From Laetmonice hystrix (lineage: Eukaryota): DNA of 64,000 bases. The stretch lies in assembly GCA_965235115.1 (NCBI GenBank), contig OZ249436.1, positions 15,626,001 through 15,690,000 of the forward strand, given 5' to 3'. The notes below the pieces were generated by a model, which searched no databases, was not told where the DNA came from, and worked only from the letters and a program-made list of their open reading frames with translations. Shown piece by piece: positions 1-11,665 of the stretch (position 1 is its first letter; each line of letters begins with the position of its first letter). Position numbers and translations under genes: made by a program.

Positions 1-1146
1 TTGAATATTATTCAATCCTTTTATTCACTACCTACTCCTAACTTTAGAATTTCCCAGAGGAGCATGGCCTAAGGCCATCTCTGAACTCACTGAAGTACAT
101 AAATTTAGAACCACCCCCTTAACCAATTTCTCGATACGCCCCGGACACCCCTAACTACTCTTGACTTCCCCAACCTCCAACCACCACATGCTACACATCA
201 GCCCCACTGACCTTACCTCACCTCATCTGACCTACATTACCTCGCCCCAACCTTGATCATTTGCCCCATGTTGACACTCTCAGGTCTGCGGTAAAACGGG
301 CCCAACCACTACTCTAGCTTTCTAATTCTCCCCCCATTCTTTGTCTTCGTCTCCTTCTTACATTCTTACATGAGAAATAGTCTTTATTTCATCAAAATCG
401 GTCAAGCGAATCAAAAGTTATGTCATTTTTGGCGCAGCAAGGTCAGTCCTCAAGTTGCATCGCGTGACTGACTGTATGACTTTTTTTGCACTTTCTTTCC
501 TTCCTTTATTTTTTTTGCTTTATTTGCAATTGCGAGTATCATTTACAATATCTTTATATTATCAACATTAACATTAACATTCACTTTTAAGCGTGAAAGC
601 TACAAAATATGTTTTAATAAGGGGACCAAGATGTGTTCTTTCAAATAAAACCTACAGAATGAAATTATTCATATATGGTCACCGAATGTTCGGACCGAAC
701 ATTTCCTTCCAAAATGTTTTGAAAGAGATAGGGACCCTATGGAAAGTACTGAGCCATAAATTTTGGTCGACATGTGACAAATCCTTTTGCACTTTATGCC
801 AAAATTATATGATGTTATTGTCTTAATATGAAGAATGGGGTGCTTTGTCCATTTCAGCATTGCTGTTTAGGAATGTCCGTTACCCCAGTCAATGGCCTAC
901 TTTGCTTGGGCGTGTCACAGTACCGAATTTGGCCTCATCAATAAAAGAAAGACAAACAGGAATTGCGCCATGATCCATTGCAATTATTGGCCTTATAGCT
1001 TTATCTTTCATACAACTTGCAACTACATTTGTTTCCTATTTTTGGATACATCCTGTAGAACATTATTTCCAGGATGTTTGAACTATATGCAGTCTGCAAC
1101 TTGGATAATGGCTTGACACCCACATAATGTGAAACTGTATCCGAAG

Positions 1147-1245
1147 ATGACAGAAATGACCAAGAGAATGGGTGACATTTTTCGAATTCGAAATGCTGTG
1201 ATGCGGGAATTCCTAGCGGAGTTGCTTGGTACCTTTGTTCTTGTG
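1147..1245 (+). CDS. Aquaglyceroporin, alternative first coding exon 1a (MTEMTKRMGDIFRIRNAVMREFLAELLGTFVLV)
   Basis: RIRN..REFLAE.LGTF.L matches the TM1 motif of AQP3/7/9/10; phase-0 donor GTAAGT at 1246 is compatible with exon 2. The start could also be a downstream ATG. Confidence 0.85.
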
Positions 1246-1547
1246 GTAAGTAAAGCTAACTTACACGTCCTCAATTTCTCTCCCATAAATATTTCTTTAG
1301 GGAATTCATAAATCAATTTTAGAATCGCTTCCACAGCGCTACTTATTCTTATTTGAGCTTTACAAAAACCTTTTACAGCCTTTATATTTATAGAGCACAA
1401 GCGTTATTTTCCATCTGTGTTTTTAGGAAACAAGAAGATAGGAGTCCAGTTTGACTTTTTTTAGTCACAGCGAAACACTCGATATTATGTCTGCATATTT
1501 GTATTTGTCATATCTTAGCTTATCATTATTTATCATTATCTCATAAT

Positions 1548-1836
1548 TACGGAGCCCTGTTGGGGACATGAAGAGAAAAAAATGTGTGGTGATCTCGAAA
1601 TTACCACTTAGTGACGTCATTAAGTGTTAATAACGAGTTAATGACGTCACTAAGACGTTATTACGAGTTAATTGCGTTCGTTTCAGAGAAAAAAGTCGTG
1701 ATCTCGAAATTATCACTTAGTGACGTGATTAACTCGTTATTACGACTTAATGACGTCACTAAGTGGTAATTTTGAGATCACCACAAATTTTTTCTCTGAA
1801 ACGATTTTTTCTTCATGTCCCCAACAAGGCACCGTA
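1548..1836. mobile_element. MITE with TACGG...CCGTA ends and 6-bp TSD (IS3EU-type termini)
   Basis: Near-palindromic 289-bp element; TSD CATAAT at 1542-1547 and 1837-1842. Confidence 0.85.
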
Positions 1837-1941
1837 CATAATACCTCGGTTTAACATGCATTTTCTTTTCGATGACTTCTATTGGCCACGTCCACCCATA
1901 TCCAGACAGAGAAAAGAAAAATAACAAGGCATGCTCGATTA

Positions 1942-2160
1942 GGGCGGACGATTTGAAACGGGAGGGGGGGGGTATGCTTTTTTGGGGGAAAATAATATGT
2001 TCACCAAACACAGGAAAAAAAATAGTTGTTCATCAAACTACATAAAAAAATAGTTTGTTCCATATGTACAAAAATATATAGTATAGTCGAAATGGGGGAA
2101 AAAGTTTGATTAATGGTCATGAAGAAAAACCATAGCCCCCCATATAGAATGGTCCGCCCC
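1942..2160. mobile_element. Small MITE, PIF/Harbinger-like
   Basis: Ends GGGCGGACGATT / AATGGTCCGCCCC, flanked by TTA and TAA. Confidence 0.5.
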
Positions 2161-2901
2161 TAAGATAGTAAGTTCTGAAACTGATAACGGGGATTATAGA
2201 GATGAATGGCCCCTCGCTTGAATCCATGAAACTTGACAGTGCTGCCACATGTACAGCGTTGATTGATAACAAGTGTACACGTCCTCAGAACGGTATCATT
2301 TAGTCCACCTCTTTCCAAACTCTCTGGGCACTACTGGAGACACAGAGCCTGTGTCCCGGGCAAGTACTCGTCGCCAGGCAACCAATGTCCTGACGTGCTA
2401 TATAACGGTGAATGTAAAAACAATGGAATAGTTAATAACGGCGATTGCTAGCTCCCTCGGTATTAAACTTTTCTACTAATTCGTAATTCGATAACGAACA
2501 CATCGACCTTAATTATTTTTGCCGTATTAGAGTAGTGTTATAGAGGACTATGCGATCGTGAATTTTATGATACGTCGTCTAGACGTTTCTTGTAATGATT
2601 ATGTACCCAGCATCGAAGTGCCTCAGCAGGAGAGAAAGGACCGCTTGGTACAGTCTACGAAATAAAAGAAGTGTGGACCTGGGTCGAGGGTGGCATCCAT
2701 TCTTATCGGTGTAACCTAACACTACAGCCGTAGGCGTGACCGCACAACTCCCGCCGTCTGTTATCTCGCGAGACCGCTGCCAACACCACAGGTCCCACAG
2801 ACGTGTAAGGGCCAGGCGCACGGCTATATCTGAACTACTGACCATCATTGCTGTCACGGCCATAGCACCCTAGAGCCACAACACACGACAGAAAGAACAT
2901 C

Positions 2902-3009
2902 ATGGAACAGTTTCGGGCAGGAAAAGCTAAACTGCTGTCGTCAATACGGATACGGCGTCCAATAGTCCGTGAATGTCTGGCCGAGTTCCTTGGTACTTTT
3001 ATACTCATG
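2902..3009 (+). CDS. Aquaglyceroporin, alternative first coding exon 1b (MEQFRAGKAKLLSSIRIRRPIVRECLAEFLGTFILM)
   Basis: Same TM1 motif (RECLAEFLGTFIL); good start context (ATCATGG); phase-0 donor GTGAGC at 3010. Confidence 0.88.
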
Positions 3010-5242
3010 GTGAGCGTCCTTTTCTTCCAGTCAGTTACCAAAGTGATGCGGCTGCTCTCATCAATCAAGAGACTGCTTGTGGGAAACAATTCTTATATGC
3101 TACAATTTGCGGTTTAAATTTGTAAAAGAACGGGAGAACTATAACGGGATTACGATAAATGAATTTTTGTGGATAAAATATCGTTATCTCTGAGCGCGTT
3201 CACGTTGACTTGGTTGATGGAAGAAGAGCAAATATAGGCCTAACTTATAGATACTTACGCCATGAAGTTCAGCAAACGCAGGGATGTTTGCCTGCCATCA
3301 AGGAACACTTAGTATCGGACAGAAAGGTCTTTAAAACGATAACCTATAACGATACACGATAACGATGATTAGTTCTTGACCGAACAGTTCACACCATGGC
3401 ACCACGCCCTACATCAGTGCTAATTGTCAGACTGTAAGGGGGGGGGGGGGTATTCAACCCTTTCTGAAAACTTTTCGCATTTCCAATCTGAATCAATATT
3501 TTTTAACCCAAAATGTAAATTCTATAGAAAAGAGTTCAACAGTATCGCATAGATATTCACGTGGGCACACATGCCTCAACTGGTAGCTCTCCGTCATGGT
3601 ATCTTAAAAAACTTGGTATAGGCTGTTTCTTGTCATACGAAGCGGGAAATCTTCAACTTCACCTCTAGTATTAACAGCTCATTGGCATCGTTCATAATAA
3701 ATCTAAGGTGAAAGTACACATGTGTTTTTCGACTGACGTCTTATGTTTGGTCAAAGACCGCATTTAAAAAATAACTCTTGGAGCCTCCGAACAATAACGA
3801 TTTCTATCGTGATTATTCCATCGTTATATTTTATCGTTATAGTTAATGCTCACGGATCAACCAGGCATATACGTATACGCCCGGTCCATCCACATGGCTG
3901 GAAACCCCTTGCGCAAAGCCAGTTGAATGGAGTTGGGCCGGGCGGAGGCGGGTTTCAGTAGATGAAAGTTAAGTTGGCTCGGTACGTGTTGGTCTACATT
4001 ATAAGGGTTGTTGATGATTTACGCAGGAGAGATCATAATGTTGACAGGCCGAGGCCCGATTGGCTCTGCTGCTAGCCTCAGAGACTATCCTGGATTGTGT
4101 CTTGCGGAATGAAGGGTCACGCATGGGGCAGAACAGAACTTTACGAATAGTTTGGGGCGAAGTCCAAGACATAGATACAGCTTTAGGCATTTGGGGATGT
4201 GTTTAGGGTGGCAAGGGGTGACACGTCTAGTCTCCATCACCAGGCAAAGCAGACAATGCCATCCAATTGACGCCCACGACATTACATTTCCAACCCGTAT
4301 TTTTTGCCAACTTCCTTTAAATTCCAAGAATATTTGCATGAACATATTTCCTGATAGTTAAACTCCATTCTGTCTTGTGTAGATGGGCTGGAGTCAAAAA
4401 CTAGGTCACGACGGTCTCGTCGCAAGGAGAATGGAGTTTTAGTATCGGACAGAAACGATAACCTATAACGATATATAATAAAGTCATGAAAAGCTAGAGC
4501 AAACTGTTCAATATCGGAATCGGGTGCATGATATAGGCCTAAGTGTTTAAAATTGGCTCTCCATTGATTGAGAATATGATTGATGTCACATGTGATTCCC
4601 ATATCACTATAAACTTTCAGTTGCATTTCCTTACTTTCCTTACCAAGCTGTTTGATATGATTCCCAAACTGCTTGGGGTCATTTACAGTGAATTCTTCTA
4701 TTTGATCTGCTATTTATCTATTATAAGACCGCTCAGCATTTCTAAGAGCGTTATCAAACGTACGCTGTTTCGCCATAACACCCTCTCTACAGGACTGATG
4801 AGAGTTAGAAAACATATTACTTTTCCTAAATATTTTTTCAGTAGATGCCATCTCCCTCCATAATGTTGTCAGGTGATTAGACCAATATGGTTTCTAATTT
4901 TAAAACTTCTTTCTGATCGTCTTACCAGTGTCCTTACAGTTCAAGTGAACGTCCATTTAATTGCAAATACACGTATTTAGACATATATCTTCATATATAG
5001 AATCAAACTGGTGCTGCATTTGATCCATGTTAGTAATTCTGTCTATAAACGCATTGCACGTCCCCAAAGGGGGCGGCCATAAAATGTCTGAGGTATATTA
5101 TCATAGTTATATGCCTTTTATTGCTAGAATGTATAGAAGCATCACGGCTATTATCGTCAATACGAGTTATCCGGGGGTCGATACCTCTCTCCAATTATGT
5201 CCTTGCATGCGGATTAAAATGTGATATGACATCATGTGTATG

Positions 5243-5510
5243 TTAAACCTGACATTTCACACATTTAGATAAGCAATCTTGGCGACAGCAAAATAGTCTA
5301 CAACTGCGTACCCTTTTAGTAGACACTGAAGTATAGCCGTCAAGAGAAGGGGTAACACGCCCATTCACAATACAATATTTACATTCAATTAGAAACTCAA
5401 CGAAACTTTTTCCATGTTTGTTTTTACTCAAGGAGTCATGTTTGTTTCGACTCAATGGGTCATTATAGCGTGTATGATCTGGTAATGGTATAGCTGAAAC
5501 CCTAACTTTT
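5243..5510 (-). pseudogene. Non-LTR retrotransposon APE endonuclease fragment in aquaporin intron 1
   Basis: NKHGKSFVEFLIECKYCIVNGRV...YTSVS followed by a frameshifted VVDY, typical of the C-terminal half of LINE APE domains. Confidence 0.65.
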
Positions 5511-6287
5511 TCATCATGTTTTAAACAGATTGGCAGCAATATCAGGGCTAAACTTCCAAGAATATGAGTTCAGTGTTCCATAACAAGACTTGCGTTCATG
5601 ACAGTGTATAATGACGCCCAGTGCTCCATTATTGTGAAGGGCGCAGCGTTGGCCGTAGGAGCTCGTTGCATTATTTGCGCCACAGAGCCATATTGTACAA
5701 GGACCATGCCGCGGTATCTAGACAAGAGCTAGAATGCCAAAGTGCAACCGTAAACAGTGACAGTTCTCCTAAGCTCTCTGCCCTCGGCCAACAACGGGAG
5801 CTTGTCACGAGGACGGTCGCTTGTTTTACCGAATGCTCGATCTTCCAGTCACGTTCCTTGTTCTGCTCATGAACAGATGCATGGTCTCCACACGCATATA
5901 TCATTGTTATAGCGAATAATGCGCAAATATCTCCAAGCACCAGAAATAAGCCGTATTCACATATCGTATAGGACCAGAACAGGTAAACAGTGCCAGTAAT
6001 CTGTGTACCGGAATTTAGATTTTTGTTTCGAAAACCCAACTTTCGCCCTCATGAAATATAGCAAGTGTTGCAGGATTCTACCCAAAAGAGCGAAGTATTC
6101 CCGAAGTACTCACATTGAGAGTGCATTGTCAGTTGTCACTCATTGTTATTGGCGGTCAGAGGTGATGTCACAGGTTCCTGTTATTACGTCAGGTTCCCTC
6201 CACATTAAGATTATGTTAGACCGATATATTCCATCCAAGTGCACCGATTTTATCAGCATTATTTCCGATGTATCTGATCTAATTGCA

Positions 6288-6492
6288 TTAGCCAACGAAG
6301 TTGGTAGGAGGTTATGTTTTCATTCCGGTCGGTCAAGCTATCTCTAAAGTAATGAACGGATTTTCATGAAACGTTCCGGTATGATTGGTCTCGTGCCAGG
6401 GAACAATCGATTAGACTTTAGGGAAGATCCGTATGTTTTCGTGGATTCATTGCGCTTGGCGGAGGTATCCGCTCGACTGAGCGCCCTCTGAT
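6288..6492 (+). mobile_element. Short Helentron-derived (HINE-like) element
   Basis: 5' GCCAACGAAGTTGG..GGAGGTTATGTTTTC; 3' GGCGGAGGTAT plus hairpin CGCTC-GACT-GAGCG and a degenerate CT(G)ATT end. Confidence 0.55.
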
Positions 6493-6510
6493 TGTTTCTA
6501 TACGCCAGGG

Positions 6511-6866
6511 AAACAAGCTGCTAGTGTCCAGTGTAATGTCCAAACAAGCTGCTAGTGTCCAGTGTAATGTCCAAACAAGCTGCTAGTGTCCAGTGTAATG
6601 TCCAAACAAGCTGCTAGTGTCAAGTGTAATGTCCAAACAAGCTGCTAGTGTCCAGTGTAATGTCCAAACAAGCTGCTAGTGTCCAGTGTAATGTCCAAAC
6701 AAGCTGCTAGTGTCCAGTGTAATGTCCAAACAAGCTGCTAGTGTCCGGTGTAATGTCCAAACAAGCTGCTAGTGTCCAGTGTAATGTCCAAACAAGCTGC
6801 TATAGTATGTCCAATGTAATTTTAAAGCAAGCTTCTAGTGTCCAGAGAAATGCCCAAACAAGCTGC
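6511..6866. repeat. 31-bp minisatellite, about 11 copies
   Basis: Unit AAACAAGCTGCTAGTGTCCAGTGTAATGTCC at 6511, 6542 and onward. Confidence 0.95.
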
Positions 6867-6968
6867 AAGATACACCTCAATCAAATCTCGATATCCTCAG
6901 AAATGTTACCCTGTGAATTAAGCGTTTTTAGTTTGTTGTCACAATCAAGAATGCCTTATATTTTTCAG

Positions 6969-7098
6969 TTGTTTGGGGATGCCTCCGTTGCGCAGTACGT
7001 GTATGCACCGTCACCCAGTACAAGCACGTTTCTGACCATCAACTTGGCGTGGGGCATCGCCGTCACTATGGGCGTCTACGTGAGCGGCGGTGTGAGTG
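6969..7098 (+). CDS. Aquaglyceroporin exon 2 (LFGDASVAQ...FLTINLAWGIAVTMGVYVSGGVS)
   Basis: Acceptor TTTTTCAG ending at 6968, donor GTAAG at 7099 (phase 1); AQP3-like TM1-TM2 sequence. Confidence 0.93.
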
Positions 7099-7380
7099 GT
7101 AAGCTTGGGGAGAGTCAGCGGTAAACTAGGGGAGAATCAGCGGTAAGATAGGGCGAGTCAGCGGTAAGCTAGGGGAGAATCAGCGGTAAACTAGGACGAG
7201 TCAGCGGTAAACTAGGGGAGAATCAGCGGTAAGCTAGGGGAGAGTCTACTTTTCGGTAGACATGGGGGAGTCAGCTGTATGGGAAAGTCAGTGGTAAGCT
7301 AGGGGAGAGTTAGCGGTAAGATAGGGAAGAGTCAGCGGTAATTTAGTGGAGTGTCAACGGTCAATAGACTGGGAAAAGTC
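7098..7380. repeat. ~22-bp minisatellite starting at the exon 2 splice donor
   Basis: Unit GGTAAGCTAGGGGAGAGTCAGC, roughly 12 diverged copies. Confidence 0.9.
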
Positions 7381-7543
7381 AGGTGCAGGTGCATGTAGGT
7401 GTTTAATTATAAGGTCAAAAATAAACTCCAACCCATCCCCGTTTAATAAAAGGCCCCGACTACGCTAACAAAATGTTCATATTCACCACGTGTTTCCGAA
7501 GAATCCACGTGGTAGGGCTACCATATTTATCTTCTCGTTCTAG

Positions 7544-7681
7544 GAGGACACATTAACCCGGCTGTGTCGCTCGCCCTTGCCATGATCGGCAAGTTCCCGT
7601 TCTGGAAGGTGCCCATCTACTTCTTGGGCCAGTATTTGGGAGCTTTCTTCGCCGCCGCTGTCGTCCGTGGCGTATATTACG
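7544..7681 (+). CDS. Aquaglyceroporin exon 3 (GGHINPAVSLALAMIGKFPFWKVPIYFLGQYLGAFFAAAVVRGVYY), first NPA
   Basis: Pyrimidine tract plus TAG acceptor at 7541-7543; SGGHINPAVS MIP signature across the splice; donor GTGTGT at 7682 (phase 1). Confidence 0.95.
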
Positions 7682-7699
7682 GTGTGTGTGTGGGTGTGC

Positions 7700-7870
7700 G
7701 TGTGGTGTGGTGTGAGTGCCGGGTATGCGTGACTAGATCTCTTGTATGCTCCCCATGTATGTGGTGTGGTGTGTGTGGGTATGCGTGACTAGATCTCTTG
7801 TATGCTCCCCATGTATGTGGTGTGGTGTGTGTGGGTATGCGTGACTAGATCTCTTGTATGCTCCCCATGT
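7700..7870. repeat. 56-bp tandem repeat, about 3 copies, just after the exon 3 donor
   Basis: GGGTATGCGTGACTAGATCTCTTGTATGCTCCCCATGT at 7721, 7777 and 7833. Confidence 0.9.
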
Positions 7871-8050
7871 AAGCTTCTTTAGGCCCGGATGTATATTGAT
7901 GTTTAAATGATGCATACCGTAATAATGGAAGCTTGAACACTCCCTGTATATTTATGATGGGGGAATTAAATGGTGTCCTAGAAGCCTAGATCTGTCCATG
8001 TCAGCTGTTGGACTCTATCTTTTATAAAGACTGTTCTAATGACCATTTAG

Positions 8051-8160
8051 ATGCACAACTCGCGTTCGAAGGAAGCAACTTTTCGATTCCCGGAACCGCT
8101 GGAATATATGCCACTTATCCCAGTGACTACCTAAGTGCTGGAAATGGACTGGGCGACCAG
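8051..8160 (+). CDS. Aquaglyceroporin exon 4 (DAQLAFEGSNFSIPGTAGIYATYPSDYLSAGNGLGDQ)
   Basis: Acceptor TTTAG at 8046-8050, donor GTATGT at 8161; TAGI.ATYP loop C motif typical of aquaglyceroporins. Absent from the ORF track because it is short. Confidence 0.93.
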
Positions 8161-8407
8161 GTATGTAACTCGACGTGTGGTATATAGGCAGAACTGATGT
8201 CTCTGTGCGTATAGTAACCCCCCACCCCCACCCCACCCGCTGTAGACCACAAGGGGAACCAATGGAGCGTGAAAGAATTATTCCGATGTTCTCTATCTAT
8301 AGATTGGCCCATACGTCTGCAAGATAATACATTGGTCATTAAATGAAAGGTACAGTTTGAGAAATGTAGGTAGCTCGAGATAAATGATTATCTTGGTTTT
8401 ATTTTAG

Positions 8408-8625
8408 GTTGTGGCGACAGCCCTCTTAATGTTGTGTATACTCGCCGTAACAGACACCAGAAACATGGGCGCTCCTAAAGGGTTGGCCCCGTTCGTCATT
8501 GGCCTGATTGTCACGGTGATTGGAATGTCTTTCGGCTTGAACTGTGGTTACGCCATTAACCCTGCCAGAGATCTCGGTCCTCGAATATTTACTGCTATCG
8601 CAGGCTGGGGTGAAGGAGTGTTCAC
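8408..8625 (+). CDS. Aquaglyceroporin exon 5 ([16 protein letters not shown]...[26 protein letters not shown]), second NPA
   Basis: Acceptor TTTTAG, donor GTAAG at 8626 (phase 2); the D in NPARD is the glyceroporin signature. Confidence 0.95.
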
Positions 8626-8747
8626 GTAAGGCTTCCTTGTTCTCTTGTTGTTTTCCCCCATGCCATTTTTCTATTTTCCTGCCGTAGGGTTTGGGGTGGT
8701 CTATAAAGCTTTATAATGTTGTCGCCATGTTTCTCTCCACTATATAG

Positions 8748-8913
8748 GTATCGTAACAGGAACTGGTTCTGGGTGCCCATCATCGGGCCGCACATTGGCG
8801 CCATCTTGGGGGCTTGGATCTATATTCTCGGTATAGGATTACACCTGGCGGAGGAGGGAGGAACTACAGAACCAGCATCCATCGACACGAAAGTTGGTCG
8901 GTATACATTTTAA
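8748..8913 (+). CDS. Aquaglyceroporin exon 6 (YRNRNWFWVPIIGPHIGAILGAWIY...); ends at TAA 8911-8913 or splices after 8896
   Basis: Acceptor TATAG ending at 8747; WFWVPI.GP.IGA TM6 motif. The 3' boundary is ambiguous (possible donor GTCGGT at 8897). Confidence 0.88.
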
Positions 8914-10514
8914 GATGACTCACCGCTTACTTTAGTAATTTAGCCAGAAAAAAATGTAGGCCTATAGGTACTTCGTAGATTCCCATAGGCCTGCCGTTAA
9001 GAACCGTTCTCGGTAGTTTCCGTCGTTAGAAAAATATCGGAAGCAGGCGGAACCGTTCGACAAGTTCGTATACATAGATTTTGGGATATCATAGGCAAAC
9101 TGATTGTGACAGTTGCGATATTAATTTTTTGATTCGGTTGGTAGATATACTTAATTTCTGTACAAAAAGTACAAAGGTATAAGCAATTTGAGCCTTTAAT
9201 TTCACTTCATATAGGCCTAGATCAGAATGTTACGGTGGCATAGTAGGGCCAAATCAATAAACTCACCGAAAGAAATTTACATTAGAAAAACACAAACAAT
9301 TCTCATAAAGACATTTCTAAAGCACTCACATAGCTTCAAACGGCAGCAGCAAACGACATGGCGAAACGAAATTCAGGGATCAAATGTAGAAACCACAAAG
9401 GCAAAACACATTGCGAAACGACATTGCAAAACGACATCCAGAAACCACAAAGGCAAAACACATTTCGAAACGACATTGCGAAACGACATCCAGAAACCAC
9501 AAAGGCAAAACACATTTCGAAACGACATTCAGAAACCAAATTGCGAAACGACCGGATCAGAGACTACACCACACATCCGTCGGATTCCATAAATGTCCGT
9601 CGAATTTCTACACTTTCACTATCCGAGTCTATTTCCCGAAAGCAAAGTAAACCGGAAATGACTCGGTCGTTCCGTTTGTAACTTGACCTATAGCTTCCAT
9701 ATCAATTCTGGCATCAAAATACTATGTCGATCCCAGCCACAGGAATGGAGGGGGGGGGGGGTCTGGGTGGCAACCTGTGATTAGGGATTTCAACAGAACA
9801 TACACTAAAGCTACGCATCCATGTAAACCTACGCGTTGTGCATCCCATGTCATTTTCCTATTTTCCTGCTGTAGGGGTTGGGGCTGGGTTATAAAGCTTC
9901 ATAATGTTGTCGCCATGCTTCTCTCCACTATCGTAAGAGGAACTGGTTCTGGCATCAAATTAACCATGCCGATCCCAGCCGCAGGAAAGGAGTGGGTGAT
10001 GGGGCAGGTTGGCAGCCTGTGACCTAGAATAGCCACTTCAAATGAACCAGCTGCCATAATAGGGATTTCAACAGAACAGACACTAAAAAGCTAGGCATCC
10101 ATGTAGGCCAACACGTTGTGCGTCGTCTCCCATGTCGACGTCGGCGTGAAAAATGGCAACAGGTGTTTAATTTTTTTACATGCCACCATCCATGTTAGCG
10201 TGACGCGTCGACGTCGCGTCAGCGTCTCCAATCACTCGGTGAGCTTTCTTCGTCCCGTCAACTGTAGCCTAAGTCGACTCGCCGCCATTCAATATTTGTA
10301 TAATATTACAGTATTTGCTTACAGTGAAGGACGATATTTGCCTTCAATATAATAGTTTGTAAATACGAATATTCCAGGTGTTGAGAGAACAGCGCTGGAA
10401 CTATAGTTGTCAGTGGTATGGTAGGACCTTTTCGGGGTCGACATCCTGACACAAATCCATTGCACGCGTCGACGAATTTATGGCGGCGGGGGGGGGGGGG
10501 GGGGGGGGGGGGGG

Positions 10515-11665
10515 CAGGCCCGTAGGCTGGTCTGAAAATGGGTGGGTTACGTATCAGGGGCGGATCCATGATTTTCAAAACGGGGGGGGGGGGGTGCTAT
10601 GGAAAAAGGGCACTTTCTCCCCCCCCCCCGTGAGTATAGCCTAAACAGTCAAATAAAAGTGGCATAGGCCTATAGACCTATGCACATATTAACAGGGCCG
10701 TAGTTAGAAATGTCTGAGTGTGGGGGCAGTCAGGGGCGAATCCATTGAATTTGGTAAAGGGGATGTCCCCCATGGGTGCGAGCGCCGAAGGCGCGAAGCC
10801 ATGAAGGGGGGGGGGGGTCTGGGGGCCCTCCCCCAGAAAAAAATTTAAATTACAGTGCCAAATACACGATATAGACCAGCCTTTAGGGCTATAATAGGCC
10901 TAGACAATTGGACATTTAAATTTTAAATATCTTTCATAAAAATAAAAAAGGACACTTGAGGGGGAGAGAAAAGGGCACATGGGGCGAGAGGGGGGTGCAC
11001 TGCTTATAGTGAAATGAGTTCCATAAATTTGCATGGGATGGATCCAGAGCTGTTTCTTGACCATGCACTGATATTGAAACTGGTTTCCAATACCAGTGGT
11101 TCCAACGTTTAAGAATGTGAAATGCAGCAGCAAAAGCCACTGTAGGGAGCACCATAGGCCTAGGCACGAAGCGTTTGTAGGGTGGTCCGGGGGCATGCTC
11201 CCCCCGGCAGGAATTTTTTTTAAACTAGGAGTGAAATGGTGCATTCTGGGGGAATTTTGGCCGTTTCAGAAATCTGAGAGCAATTACTGAGGCACAGTAG
11301 GCTATACAAGGAAGATTAGATTGGGAAGTAACCCCCCCCCCCCCGGGTGGTTCTCGCCCCTTCTGACATACCAGTGGCAGTGCAGTTCTGCCCCTGGTCA
11401 GGTCATATTGAACATGGGCGTGCTAGGGGGGTCTGCATCTGGGGTCTGGGACATGTTCCCCCAGAAAAAAAATGAAAAATTGGAGGCCTAACAACCATGC
11501 ATCTTTTCAATTGGCGGGGCATATTTGTGCCCCCTCCCCAACTGAAAAATCGGTTCCACGCCCCTGCATGGGCAGACCTTTTTATCTTGACTAGGTGGAC
11601 CTTGGCTGGCTCTGCGGGTAGGTTACGAGTCACCCAATAAGTAACCCCCCCAGCCTACGGGCCTG
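10515..11665. mobile_element. Nested CAG...CTG TIR element in a poly-G tract, containing further MITE fragments
   Basis: 16-bp TIR CAGGCCCGTAGGCTGG / CCAGCCTACGGGCCTG, with G runs on both sides. Confidence 0.7.
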
